Shown here: positions 47,020 through 56,785 of the stretch, one piece after another
How positions within the stretch are numbered: position 1 is the stretch's first letter
How the letters are laid out: every line of letters starts with the position of its first letter
DNA from: an uncultured Acidobacteriota bacterium
GTDB taxonomy: Bacteria; Acidobacteriota; Terriglobia; Acidiferrales; UBA7541
Direction of reading: 5' to 3'
NCBI GenBank assembly: GCA_963784385.1
Contig: CAWARF010000004.1
Coordinates: 292,412-356,411, forward strand
Length of the DNA stretch: 64,000 nt
Notes under the pieces: generated by a model
What the model was told of the DNA's origin: nothing
Seen by the model: the letters and a program-made list of their open reading frames with translations, nothing else
Database searches by the model: none
Program-made: the position numbers and the translations under genes

Positions 47020-48738
47020 CTAATCGTTGTTCAACGCTTGCGACTGCGTCTCGCCGGGCGCTCCCGTCTGGGCAGAATTGCTCGCGGCTGTCGCTTGGCG
47101 GTAGCGTGTCAGGTACAGCATGAAGGGCGTGACTTCGAAAGGCATCTTTTCCCTCGCAGAGAGCAGCTTCACGGACGCGGCCATCATCATTTCGATTTTG
47201 TCGTTCCACGGGTCAAGCTTGATGCGAGAACCCATGGGGAGAGCGGCGATCTGGTCGGTTTTGCCTGGTTCCAATCTTGGTCCCGAATTCACCAGCGCGG
47301 CAATGGGATACACCTCGTTGCCCAGATGCGGGCCAATCAGACGCGGCAGCAGCTTGGACTCCTCGCTCAACTGTTGCAGGAACAAGGCCGCGGTCCCTAG
47401 CTGACTTCGGTAAGGCGAATTGCCGATGATCTCAAGCGCTTTCGCGCCGGTCGCCTGCCAGTCTTCTTGGCTCTCTTTGAATGAGAACTTCTTCAAGGCT
47501 TGATCTGACGGAGTCTGGAGGACGTCCGAAAACCCATACTGGCTGATAGCTCCCTTCGACGCCATCGCTTCGCTCAGCGCTTGAGCGAGCATGACGGCAA
47601 GCGTCGACTCATCCGGCAGAACATCCAAGAGTCCGCGGCTCAGGACAATCGTATGCCCAATAGCGAATAACTCGATGTTACTGGTCAGGATGACCCGGCA
47701 GCGGGGCTCGGGATCGATGTCGAGATGGTTCGTTACCTCAAGATTGTTGAGCACGGTGTCGAGAACTTTGTCCACATCCCCTTCGGGCGCAATCAGACCC
47801 GCGCGGACCAGGGTGTCGATGGCATTGTCCTCGCCCTCCCGCTCGAACTCGCGTTCTTCCTGGACGGGCGAGCGATCATGCTCGCGATCGCTGTCGTCCT
47901 GTACTTGCTTGTTGTCGCCCTCCACCACCAAATCGCTGAATTCGTCCTCATGCGATGCGGCTGTTGGGCTATACGCCCAGAAATATGTCTGAGCCTTGAA
48001 GCGAGGAAGCTCTATAGCCTTTGGCTTCAGCTCCTCGATGAAGACATACGCCGGCAGCCATAGGTCGGGCTGCACGTTCAGTCGCCAGCTATCGAAGTGA
48101 GTCATCAGTTTGTCGTGGACATAAACGCCACTGAAACGAACGATTGTGTAGTCATGGTCTTCCACCCAAATGCGGCCTTCAAAGCGGCCTTTCCCGGATT
48201 TGTGCGCGGGCGTGAGGTCGAACATCAGACATCGCACTTCGCCGAGGAAATCCCGGCCGGCGTAGTGGAACTCGTAATGCTCCCGATCGAAGTGATCTCT
48301 ATCGACGTAGATCATTTGCAGAAACCCACCAGGATTCCAAGGCTCCTCGCTCGGGGGACTAAGAACGCCGAGTACACCTCCTACCCGGGGTAGCATCGAG
48401 CGCACTGCGACTCCGCGAGCAAGGTCCGCTTGGCCAATGAAGTAAGCATCGTGATCGGGCAGGAAACCCACCTCTTTATTGGGCTTCAACTGCTGGATAT
48501 ATGTTTCGACAATTGGCTTGTAGAGCGCGAAAGCCGTGATCTCGTTCTGCTCCCGCTGGATAATTTGCTCGACAACCTTGTCAAGCGCGGATGCTTTTCC
48601 ATCAGGCGTTGACGACTTTTCCTGGTTGTTCCGAGCATTAGAACTGTGTTGCGGATCTGGCCGTGCCGGTTGCGCCAGGCTTGCAGACGCAATTAGCGCT
48701 GCCAAGAACACTGCGGAGCAAAGTTTGAATGCCCACAT
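47020..48738 (-). CDS. secreted protein with a C-terminal M48-peptidase-like region whose HExxH is replaced by AQALS
   Basis: AAGGGGAAG RBS and signal peptide MWAFKLCSAVFLAALIASASLA. ELFAIGHTIVLSRGLLDVLPDESTLAVMLAQALSEAMA parallels the M48 block NAFA..G.IVV..GLL...DEL.AVLAHEIGH. The AQALS motif lies at nt 47572-47586. Confidence 0.55.
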   Translation of the reverse strand: MWAFKLCSAVFLAALIASASLAQPARPDPQHSSNARNNQEKSSTPDGKASALDKVVEQIIQREQNEITAFALYKPIVETYIQQLKPNKEVGFLPDHDAYFIGQADLARGVAVRSMLPRVGGVLGVLSPPSEEPWNPGGFLQMIYVDRDHFDREHYEFHYAGRDFLGEVRCLMFDLTPAHKSGKGRFEGRIWVEDHDYTIVRFSGVYVHDKLMTHFDSWRLNVQPDLWLPAYVFIEELKPKAIELPRFKAQTYFWAYSPTAASHEDEFSDLVVEGDNKQVQDDSDREHDRSPVQEEREFEREGEDNAIDTLVRAGLIAPEGDVDKVLDTVLNNLEVTNHLDIDPEPRCRVILTSNIELFAIGHTIVLSRGLLDVLPDESTLAVMLAQALSEAMASKGAISQYGFSDVLQTPSDQALKKFSFKESQEDWQATGAKALEIIGNSPYRSQLGTAALFLQQLSEESKLLPRLIGPHLGNEVYPIAALVNSGPRLEPGKTDQIAALPMGSRIKLDPWNDKIEMMMAASVKLLSAREKMPFEVTPFMLYLTRYRQATAASNSAQTGAPGETQSQALNND

Positions 48739-48751
48739 ATTACTTCCCCTT

Positions 48752-49702
48752 TCAGTAGGCGAGTTGAAACACGATGTGAACGGTCTCGATCGAATCGACC
48801 GGAAGGCCCTCATCGCTCTGTGCTGGCCGGAACTTGATTTGATTGGCGGCCGCTTCGGCGGCCTCATCCAATCCGTATCCAAGGCCGCGAACGACCCTCA
48901 GAACGGTTGGCTGGCCTGAACCCGAGAAACGGACTTCGAGGAGTACGTCGCCTTCGATCTTCTTCGACAGTGCCGCACTGGTATAGGTCGGAGTCGGTTT
49001 AAATAGAATCTCGACCGGTCTTGCTCGAGTCGGTGCTTCATCGCTTTTTCTTGATCTCCGAGCCACTCGGGCGGCATTCTCGTCGGGAAACAGTCCTTCG
49101 CGGACGGCGCCAGTTGGCCCTGATCCTTGGGATGTTGCGATACCCCCGGCGGGTCCCACAGAACCGGACGGCAGATTGAAGCTCCCGAGTTGCGCGATGT
49201 CAGTCCCCCGCGTCGCCCGTGAATTGTTCGGAAGACCATTCGGATCTCCGAACCCACCCATCTGAACTCCTGGGCGCGGCTTCTCTAAATTCGGGACCGT
49301 CGCCGTATCCAGAGCGAAAGCAACCGGCCGCTGGCTCGGGATATCAGGAGCGTCGGCGCTAACAGTTTTCCTGACCCGGTCTATCACCGGCACCGATGCC
49401 ACGGGCGCGGGAATCGTCGGAGTGACCGGCAAAGTGATACGGGGTTGACTTCTTACGGAAGAGAATCTTCTTGATCGAGGCGGCTGAGGCTTCCAAGCAC
49501 TCACGGACTCTGGCGAGGGTGCAATGATGGTCGCCATGTAGTGGCGGAAGTCGACGACGCGGTCTGGAAAAAGTAGGGGTACCGATAACACGATGAGCAC
49601 AACGATGGTTTGAAGGAAGGCTCCAAGACCGAAGGATCTCCAAGGCGGCCTGGTTTTGGGTAACAGCGCGTCTTGTAATGGAGCCCGGTCCGAAATGCTC
49701 AT
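48752..49702 (-). CDS. TonB-family energy transducer
   Basis: N-terminal TM anchor (FLQTIVVLIVLSVPLLF), a Pro-rich linker, and a C-terminal TonB domain (PTYTSAALSKKIEGDVLLEVRFSGSGQPTVLRVVRGLGYGLDEAAEAAANQIKFRPA). Confidence 0.8.
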   Translation of the reverse strand: MSISDRAPLQDALLPKTRPPWRSFGLGAFLQTIVVLIVLSVPLLFPDRVVDFRHYMATIIAPSPESVSAWKPQPPRSRRFSSVRSQPRITLPVTPTIPAPVASVPVIDRVRKTVSADAPDIPSQRPVAFALDTATVPNLEKPRPGVQMGGFGDPNGLPNNSRATRGTDIAQLGSFNLPSGSVGPAGGIATSQGSGPTGAVREGLFPDENAARVARRSRKSDEAPTRARPVEILFKPTPTYTSAALSKKIEGDVLLEVRFSGSGQPTVLRVVRGLGYGLDEAAEAAANQIKFRPAQSDEGLPVDSIETVHIVFQLAY

Positions 49703-50198
49703 AGCGATCTCCCACTCCTTGCCGCATAGGGAAAGGTGAACCGCAAAGACAGTTCGAGTCCTCTTCTGAGCGGCGACCTGTGCCGCGGGTTTCGCTTCTT
49801 CGGTGAGGGACATGGCGTCTAGGCACACCTCCACAGAAGTGAATTTCCAGGGCGACTTCCTCGATCCGCTAAAGCATCAAGCCGTTCTTGATCGCAGACC
49901 TTACTCGCAAAATGAGGACTAGGCATTTTGCGGGCCGAATTGCGGTATCCAGAAACTGCACTGAATAAGGACTTTAACCGGGCCATGTTACCGACGCGGT
50001 TTCGTTTCGCAACTTGGGTCATCCAAAAGGGGAATCGAATCCTGCAGAATTTCGCGGGTTTCCGCCAATACCTCAGAACATGAAATCTAGCACTTCCTTC
50101 TGAGGGCGACCATCCATAGACACAGCGTTTTATCGGTTATCGAAGACTTTCAGCCTCGCGATTTGCAAGGAGTCGTGCGTAGTTTTCCTCATCTCAAG

Positions 50199-50214
50199 TG
50201 GCACCCCGTGTGCA
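50199..50214 (+). promoter_or_regulatory. strong sigma-54 (-24/-12) promoter match
   Basis: TGGCACcccgtgTGCA. There is an exact TGGCAC and exactly 10 nt between GG (50200-01) and GC (50212-13). It lies 36 nt upstream of ATG 50250. Confidence 0.55.
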
Positions 50215-50249
50215 ACCGTCGATTCGTTGGGCGTGAAGAGGGGAAAGAA

Positions 50250-50813
50250 ATGAGCACAGCTCGCCGAGGCATGCCGATTTGGGGAGTCAGCCTCCTGTTT
50301 TTGATGTTTAATACTCCGGCGCGAGGCCAGATTAGTCCAAGCCTCGCCGCATACACATCGCGATCAGCCGGTAATTATCAAATTGTCTTGCCGCCACCGC
50401 CGCCTATAGACTCGGGCCTCGCACTCGGGCCGGTTTCAAAACATTACGATGTCATCCAGCTCCACTCGAAACTGGGCAAAACCCTTTGGTTCGGTTGGGG
50501 ACTAGCAGCGTCGCTTTCGGTGGCGAGTGCGGAGATGACGATACGCTGCGAGCACATCGCCAACTGCTCGGAGGGCAACCCGCTGTTCGGCAAGAAGCCC
50601 AGCCGGCTGGAATTGTACGTACCTCGGGCAGGCGTAATAACGGCGGGCATACTCCTCTGTGGGCATTGGAAGCGACGCAATCCGAATGACAAGGCTCCGA
50701 CGATCACAGTAGTGGCCGTCGATGCAATCTGGGGAGCCGATGCCGGGTGGGATGCCCATGAGCTGAGTTCGATTCCCGAATCGGCGCCCACTCGGCTGAT
50801 TGTTCACCCATAG
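50250..50813 (+). CDS. hypothetical secreted/membrane protein
   Basis: GAGGGGAAAG RBS. Signal peptide (PIWGVSLLFLMFNTPARGQ) and two further hydrophobic segments. Confidence 0.45.
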   Translation: MSTARRGMPIWGVSLLFLMFNTPARGQISPSLAAYTSRSAGNYQIVLPPPPPIDSGLALGPVSKHYDVIQLHSKLGKTLWFGWGLAASLSVASAEMTIRCEHIANCSEGNPLFGKKPSRLELYVPRAGVITAGILLCGHWKRRNPNDKAPTITVVAVDAIWGADAGWDAHELSSIPESAPTRLIVHP

Positions 50814-50904
50814 CTCGACCGATCTCGGCACACCCTTGATTAGAGCCACTGCGAAATAAACTTCCGCGCCATGCAGCCGATCTGAATGTTGGACGCACGG
50901 CTGC

Positions 50905-52404
50905 GTGAAGGTTTCTCGCATTGTCGCCTCGGTTTGTATCCTCGCTCTCAAGGTACACGCATCTTCGTTCGATCCGTCGAAGACCGTTGTCGCGGTGCAC
51001 GAACTGAAACTCCTTCATTCTACTTTCGGAACAGCCGCGTGCCTCGATGTAGAGTGCAGATACCTGCTGACCAATGCTCATGTTGCGATGCTTGCATCGC
51101 CCAACGCGATTCACGGAGATCCGGTCGTACAGAAATTCTTGGCGACCGGGCCGGACGACGATGGTGCCATTATGGAACCGGAGGGAGATGGCGCGGCCGC
51201 CTATAATCCCGTGCGCGACATCGCCATCTACGAACTAGTTAGACCCATGAAGGGTTTTCAGGGGATGCCGTTCAGTCTCGAACCCCTGGCAGACGGCGAT
51301 CAAGTCGAAATCGTTGCTTTCCCGGGACGAACAATCGGAATGGCAGACTTCTATCGAACACTGACCAAATGGCAGGCGACGTACTTTGCGGATAGCGTCA
51401 ATGGATGTTTGCTATTCAAATACAAGGTATCGGACTCCGGCGGAAGGATTCGCCCGGGAGCCAGTGGCGGCATCGTGGTACGTAACGGCGCGATCATCGG
51501 AATCCTGAGGGGAATGATGCCTTCAGACTTGATTGCTGAGGCGGTTCCCATATCTTCACTCGAACGTTTTCTCGCCAAAGTGAACCCCTATTTGCACGCG
51601 CAATTGTTTCCAAAAGCGACCGTCATACAGCCGGCTTCGTTAGACGCCTTCCCGGCGTGGATCATTTCCCCGTCGATACCTGGTGTGCTGGAGCGGCGCA
51701 CCGCCGAACCTGACGACGTGCAGCGCGTCCGACGAAAGGCTCAACAACTGTACGACTCCATGAAATTCTTGATGGCACGCCAGTTCGTCTCATGGAGTGA
51801 GGGTGGCCCTCCGAAAATGGAGGCCGTGTACGATTTGAATGTGCGCGACGGCGTAGAAGTGTTTACGGACGGCAAACACGAATACACGGGCGAGATTCCG
51901 TTCCCAAACATTCACGGATGGGTTGGACCGGGACAATTGTGGTTAAACGCGCCCCGCTACGCCAATAATGATTTATCGTTGCGCATCCGACATGCCGGAC
52001 TGACAACCGTCAACAGCAAGCCCCTCGATGTCTATCAATGGCAGGCACCGGGACCGGAGTCGAAATTCTGTCAGTTCGATGAGGTCGCGCTATTCCCCTT
52101 CTCCAGGCACGACAGAATCTCCGACGTGGGTTGCAGCGGTGAAATCTGGCTTTCTACTGACGGCGATATTGTGCGGATATCGGAGGCTTATGATCGTCCG
52201 GTGAGAAAATGGTCACACTACGAGTCGATTGTTTTATACGGCAGAGTCGTGCTGAACGGCGAATCGCACCTCGTACCGACGACTATCAGTACGCGTGTGC
52301 AATACGGAAAATCCAAAATGTTCTACTGCAATAGCATCTTTTCTGGCTACAAATTCTGGGGATCGGAGATACGGCTCGCCCCTAGCAGCGAAACTGCACA
52401 GTGA
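50905..52404 (+). CDS. trypsin-like (S1/S1C-type) serine protease with a roughly 270-aa C-terminal domain of unknown function
   Basis: GTG start and a signal-like N-terminus. Catalytic triad contexts: LLTNAHV (H), RDIAIYEL (D), RPGASGGIV (S). Confidence 0.65.
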   Translation: MKVSRIVASVCILALKVHASSFDPSKTVVAVHELKLLHSTFGTAACLDVECRYLLTNAHVAMLASPNAIHGDPVVQKFLATGPDDDGAIMEPEGDGAAAYNPVRDIAIYELVRPMKGFQGMPFSLEPLADGDQVEIVAFPGRTIGMADFYRTLTKWQATYFADSVNGCLLFKYKVSDSGGRIRPGASGGIVVRNGAIIGILRGMMPSDLIAEAVPISSLERFLAKVNPYLHAQLFPKATVIQPASLDAFPAWIISPSIPGVLERRTAEPDDVQRVRRKAQQLYDSMKFLMARQFVSWSEGGPPKMEAVYDLNVRDGVEVFTDGKHEYTGEIPFPNIHGWVGPGQLWLNAPRYANNDLSLRIRHAGLTTVNSKPLDVYQWQAPGPESKFCQFDEVALFPFSRHDRISDVGCSGEIWLSTDGDIVRISEAYDRPVRKWSHYESIVLYGRVVLNGESHLVPTTISTRVQYGKSKMFYCNSIFSGYKFWGSEIRLAPSSETAQ

Positions 52405-52649
52405 ACCCACCACGTTCAACGTGGAAAGCGTCCAGCTCTGACTGCCCCACCGAAAACTCCTTCACATTCAGCCGGTACGTGAAGTTCTTCGAAATTCCGT
52501 TGGTGGGGGTGCCTGGAGTAAGGTAAGTGGTCACCTGGGTGGGGTTGCCGCGATAGTTCATCGAGCATGGATAGTCCGTGTTCTAAGGCTCCCCGCTAAA
52601 ACTGGACACCTTAGTTAGGTAAGATCAGGGCCTCCACACAGGAGGCAAC

Positions 52650-52937
52650 ATGGGCAGGAAACCACGCGTAGATCGATCCCCGGAAGAGAAGTGGCAGATC
52701 GTGCAGGAAGGCATCAAGAGCGGGAACGTTTCGGAGACGTGTCGGCGTCACGGGATCGCTCCGAATCTTTTCTATCGCTGGAAGGATGAAGCCGAGCAGG
52801 GAGCAAAGGCAGCGCTTGGGGGGAGAAGCGCTGCCGCGGCCGAAACCGAAAAGGACCATCGCATCCGGCAGTTGGAGAGAACGCTGGGGCGGAAGTCGCT
52901 GGAGATCGAAATCCTAAAAAACGTCGTGGGGGAGTGA
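52650..52937 (+). CDS. IS3-family transposase OrfA (HTH)
   Basis: GRKPRVDRSPEEKWQIVQEGIKSGNVSETCRRHGIAPNLFYRWK plus a leucine-zipper-like tail. Confidence 0.9.
   Translation: MGRKPRVDRSPEEKWQIVQEGIKSGNVSETCRRHGIAPNLFYRWKDEAEQGAKAALGGRSAAAAETEKDHRIRQLERTLGRKSLEIEILKNVVGE
52916..52922 (+). other. programmed -1 ribosomal frameshift heptamer A_AAA_AAC
   Basis: In the orfA zero frame: (CT)A AAA AAC. The -1 frame is open from here into orfB. Confidence 0.6.
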
Positions 52938-53809
52938 GCTGCGGTGCAGTTCACTCCCAGGCGCGGGAGATGGTGACCGAGGGCTTCACGGCCACGTTGG
53001 TAGCGGCGGCTCTGGCCATCAGCCGATCGAGTCTCTACTACCGAAAGAAGCCGCGAGGCAGCCGGGCCGATCGGCAGTACGACGAACAGATCGTCGTGGC
53101 GTGCGGGGAAAAACCCGCGTATGGATATCGCCGCGTGACTTGGTGGCTGCGAAGAAAAGAAAACCTCCCGGTGAATCGCAAACGTGTCCTGCGGGTGATG
53201 CGAGAACGTGGGTTGCTGGTGCGCTCCCGTCGTCTGCGGGCTCGCAGGAAGAAAGAGTGGGGACGTGTGGAAGCAGCCGAGCCGAATCAGATCTGGCAGT
53301 CGGACATGACGAAGATCTGGGCGGGGCCGGCAGTGGGCTGGGCGTATCTGGTGTGCGTGATCGACTGCTGCACGCGAGAGATCGTGGGCTGGAATCTCTC
53401 CCACCGCTGCCGAACCGAAGATGCATTGGCTGCGGTAGAGCAAGCCGTCCTGGCACGGCTGCCCGAGGGCAGCCGTGCAGCGAACGTGACGCTGACCACC
53501 GACAATGGAACGCAGTTCACTTCTTCGCGCTTCTTGGAGACGTTGGGCCGGCTCGGCATCACCCATCGGAGGACGGCGTATCATCACCCGGAAGGCAACA
53601 GCTACATCGAACGGTTCCACCGCAGCTTGAAAGAAGAGGAAGTCTGGACGGCGGAGTACCGGAGCTTGGAAGAAGCGCGAACATCGATCGCTCGTTGGAT
53701 CGAGGAGTACAATCACGACCGGCCTCACCGCGGAGTCCAAAATCGCACTCCGCACGAGGCCTTCTTGGCTTTTGCAACTGACCTAAACTCGGAGACCCTG
53801 ACTGTCTAA
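52934..53809 (+). CDS. IS3-family transposase OrfB (DDE integrase core)
   Basis: WQSDMTKI (D), LTTDNGTQFTS (D) and HPEGNSYIERFHRSLKEE (E). It is probably expressed as an OrfAB fusion. Confidence 0.9.
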   Translation: MSCGAVHSQAREMVTEGFTATLVAAALAISRSSLYYRKKPRGSRADRQYDEQIVVACGEKPAYGYRRVTWWLRRKENLPVNRKRVLRVMRERGLLVRSRRLRARRKKEWGRVEAAEPNQIWQSDMTKIWAGPAVGWAYLVCVIDCCTREIVGWNLSHRCRTEDALAAVEQAVLARLPEGSRAANVTLTTDNGTQFTSSRFLETLGRLGITHRRTAYHHPEGNSYIERFHRSLKEEEVWTAEYRSLEEARTSIARWIEEYNHDRPHRGVQNRTPHEAFLAFATDLNSETLTV

Positions 53810-53830
53810 ATTAGCGGGGAGCCTTACAGG

Positions 53831-54250
53831 GCTATCCGGCGGGGCGCCCTTGAACTACGAGAGTCTCTGAACCCACCCTACCTCAGAAGTGCGACATTCG
53901 TTCCCATTCCACCCTCAAGAATCGCCTCAGACCCTCTGTATGATGACCGAATGACTCGTGTCCTGAAACTGCTCGGTGATGGCGTGGACGTTAGAGAGCT
54001 GGTTTCCCAGTTGGAAGGAATGCATGATGCTCACACGGCTGAACACCGGCCCCGGCCGAACGATCTCTACCAAAACTATGTTATCGACGGGGAACTGATG
54101 GAGCCGGTTCCAGTTCAGATCGCCGTTGTGGATGACGTTTTGACGACAGGAGCTCATTTCAAGGCGATGAAACAGGTTCTTCAGGAAACATTTCCCGGGA
54201 TTGAAGTAATGGGGTTGTTCTTGGCGCGCAGAGTTCCCGACACTGAATAA
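53831..54250 (+). pseudogene. phosphoribosyltransferase-fold (ComF-like) gene whose 5' end is cut off by the IS3 element
   Basis: The frame is open from the IS boundary with no start codon: AIRRGALELRESLNPPYLRSATFVPIPPSRIASDPLYDDRMTRVL... The PRPP-binding loop VQIAVVDDVLTTGAHF is present. The only Met (53951) would give 99 aa. Confidence 0.6.
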
Positions 54251-54843
54251 CGGTTGGCAGGGAGGAAGTGGCCGCGTGTCAGTTTTTCTTCCCAGCGGGT
54301 GCCTCGGACGTGCCGTCTATTTCTCAGGAGGCTTACCAGCATCGGCTAGCTTCTCGTCGTCGCATCCTTCTTGGCCTTGCCTATCATCTTGGGCTGCGCC
54401 CAGCCTTAACGTGACCACGTGAACCAGCCGTAAAGGTAGCGTCAGTTTGCGGGCTTGCCAAGCTTGTTGACTACTTTACGGACACGGCAGCTTCCGCTCC
54501 ACAACGGTTAACATCCGGGGATGAAGCTGTGGACGGGGATCACATTTTGGCCGACGCTGCCTTCAACGCCCTCTATCACCGTCGCATGAGAGTATTTCCC
54601 CGCTACATCGATTGGGCAGTTGCCACAATTGCAAGAGCGCGCGCGGAGCAATGTACGAGTCTGCCAAAATCAGTGCGTGTGGCAAGGCGCGCGGCGGCCC
54701 CTGGAGCAAGCGCGAAGTCAGGTGGACAGGGTTAGAGTAGCTCAGGCGGATCGTCGGCAATTTCCGCAATTTCAACTCCTTCTTCCATGCGAGGCTGCCA
54801 GCAGCAGGCGCGTAGAGCTATGCTTGTGCGATAATCCGCCTTC

Positions 54844-56772
54844 ATGAAGTCAAAACGCGAAGACGAGCGCCAACCCAGCGTGACTGAGGGAGCAATGCCT
54901 CAAGCGGAGCCGGGTAGCTCTCAAAGAGAGCATGTGGCAGCGGCATCTGGAGATATTGTCGAAGTGCAAATTGCCAACTTGCGCTGCATATTTCCGGAAG
55001 TGTTTGTTGAAGGGAAGGTTGACTTCGACAGATTGCGAGCAACGCTTGGCGCAGCGGCGGAACCTGGTGCGGGTCGCTATCATTTCAGCTGGGCTGGCAA
55101 GAACGATGCGGTCGCACTGCTCCAAACGCCGAGTCGCGGAACGCTGGTTCCGTGTCCGCAAGAATCTGTCGGCTTTGAGGCCACCGGCAACGTCTTTATT
55201 GAAGGCGATAATCTCGAAGTCCTCAAACTTCTTTTCAAACCATATTTTGGCCGCGTGAAACTGATTTACATCGATCCTCCCTACAACACAGGTCAGGACT
55301 TTGTCTACCCGGATAACTATTCCGATCCGTTGAGCACCTATCTTCAGCTGACAGGCCAAGCTGATTCCGAGGGGAATCTTCTCACAAGCAATCCGGAGAC
55401 TGGTGGCCGCTATCACTCGTCTTGGCTTTCCATGATGTATCCACGTCTGTTTCTGGCGCGCCAGCTGTTGCGCGAGGATGGTTTGATCTGCATCAGCATC
55501 GACGACCACGAGGTCTATCATCTTCGCTTGCTTCTGAATGAAATATTTGGCGAAGAAAACTTCATCGCAACGTGCGTTTGGCAGAAACGCTACTCGCGCG
55601 AAAACCGGGGCATTATCGGCGATGTCCATGAGTATCTCGTTTTCTATGCTCGCGAGAAGGAGACGTTGGCGCGGTTTCGGGGACTCCTGCACATGGATGA
55701 GCAGAGTGAAGCTGTTTACAGGAACCCGAATAACGATCCGAAGGGGCGGTGGCGGGGTATTCCGATGACGGCCCAAGGGCGCCGGCCAAATCAGATGTAC
55801 CGAATCGTGACGCCAAGCGGTGCGGAGCATTATCCACCGGTCGGTCGGTGCTGGAGCATGGTTGAACCTGAGTTTCTAAAGCTTAGAGAAGCTGGACGTA
55901 TTTGGTTCGGAGTCGACGGGGACGCACAGCCCAGCGTAATCCGTTATTTGTCAGAGGTTGAGGGCCTGACCCCATGGACCTGGTGGCCGCACGAAGAAGT
56001 CGGACACACCGATGAAGCGAAAAAGGAAATCTACGCGATCCTAGGCAAAGAAGATGCATTCGAGACTCCCAAACCGGTCCGCCTCATGAACCGCGTTGTT
56101 GAGATCGGCACAAAAGCTGGCGACGGCGACATCGTGTTGGATTTCTTTGCTGGTTCTGCAACGCTGGCTCAAGGAGTGCTGGAAGCTAATCAGAAAGACG
56201 GCGGCAACCGAAAATTCATTCTTGTTCAATTACCCGAGCCGACAGGAACCAAACAATTCGCGACCATTGCGGAGATTGGGAAGGAACGCATTAGGAGAGT
56301 TGCTGGGCAACTGAAGGAGAGCGCTCGCAAGGAACTGGACCTGACAGGCAAGAACGAAACACAGGACCTGGGATTCAAGGTCTTCAAGCTTACCGGGCCG
56401 AACATTCAGCAGTGGAAGGCCGATATCGATCGAGACGCGGACACTTACGCCCAGGAGCTTGAGCTTTTCAACGATCCGCTGGTCTCGGGTTGGAAGCCGG
56501 AGAACGTCATTTGGGAAGTAGCCTTGCGTGAAGGGTTTGGCCTCAACACGCGGTTCACTACACGGGAGCTCGCCAATGGAAACAACGTCTGCGACGTTCT
56601 TGATCCGGACACCAATCAAACCTTCGTGATTTGCCTTGACGAGCAGATTCGCGCGGATTTTAGCAAGCACTGTGAGCTAAAACCGGACACCCTCTTCATC
56701 TGCCGCGACGCGGCACTAGACGATTCGGCCGCAGCCAATCTAGCGCTTCAATGTCGGCTGAAGACGATTTGA
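54844..56772 (+). CDS. mod: Type III restriction-modification DNA methyltransferase (Mod; beta-class N6A/N4C)
   Basis: Motif IV IYIDPPYNTG precedes motif I VLDFFAGSATLAQ (beta-class order). The res gene follows after 13 nt. Confidence 0.9.
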   Translation: MKSKREDERQPSVTEGAMPQAEPGSSQREHVAAASGDIVEVQIANLRCIFPEVFVEGKVDFDRLRATLGAAAEPGAGRYHFSWAGKNDAVALLQTPSRGTLVPCPQESVGFEATGNVFIEGDNLEVLKLLFKPYFGRVKLIYIDPPYNTGQDFVYPDNYSDPLSTYLQLTGQADSEGNLLTSNPETGGRYHSSWLSMMYPRLFLARQLLREDGLICISIDDHEVYHLRLLLNEIFGEENFIATCVWQKRYSRENRGIIGDVHEYLVFYAREKETLARFRGLLHMDEQSEAVYRNPNNDPKGRWRGIPMTAQGRRPNQMYRIVTPSGAEHYPPVGRCWSMVEPEFLKLREAGRIWFGVDGDAQPSVIRYLSEVEGLTPWTWWPHEEVGHTDEAKKEIYAILGKEDAFETPKPVRLMNRVVEIGTKAGDGDIVLDFFAGSATLAQGVLEANQKDGGNRKFILVQLPEPTGTKQFATIAEIGKERIRRVAGQLKESARKELDLTGKNETQDLGFKVFKLTGPNIQQWKADIDRDADTYAQELELFNDPLVSGWKPENVIWEVALREGFGLNTRFTTRELANGNNVCDVLDPDTNQTFVICLDEQIRADFSKHCELKPDTLFICRDAALDDSAAANLALQCRLKTI

Positions 56773-56785
56773 GAGGAAATGCCCG

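Larger units (their letters stand above)
52579..53828 (+). mobile_element. intact IS3-family insertion sequence
   Basis: Imperfect terminal inverted repeats TG(TTC)TAAGGCTCCCCGCTAA ... TTAGCGGGGAGCCTTACA. Contains orfA and orfB in the -1 frame with a slippery heptamer. No unambiguous target-site duplication could be read. Confidence 0.9.

Noticed and set aside
52772-53755. 327-aa minus-strand ORF inside the IS3 element
   Set aside because: It is antisense to the transposase orfB, which has clear DDE motifs. The reverse-frame product is Arg/Pro/Ser-rich with no motif.
54251-54843. Short ORFs (68-75 aa) upstream of the mod gene, considered as a C-protein-type regulator
   Set aside because: They have no HTH pattern and no RBS, and they overlap each other in different frames. 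The region is more likely non-coding or decayed.
54850-55830. 326-aa minus-strand ORF
   Set aside because: It is antisense to the Type III mod gene.
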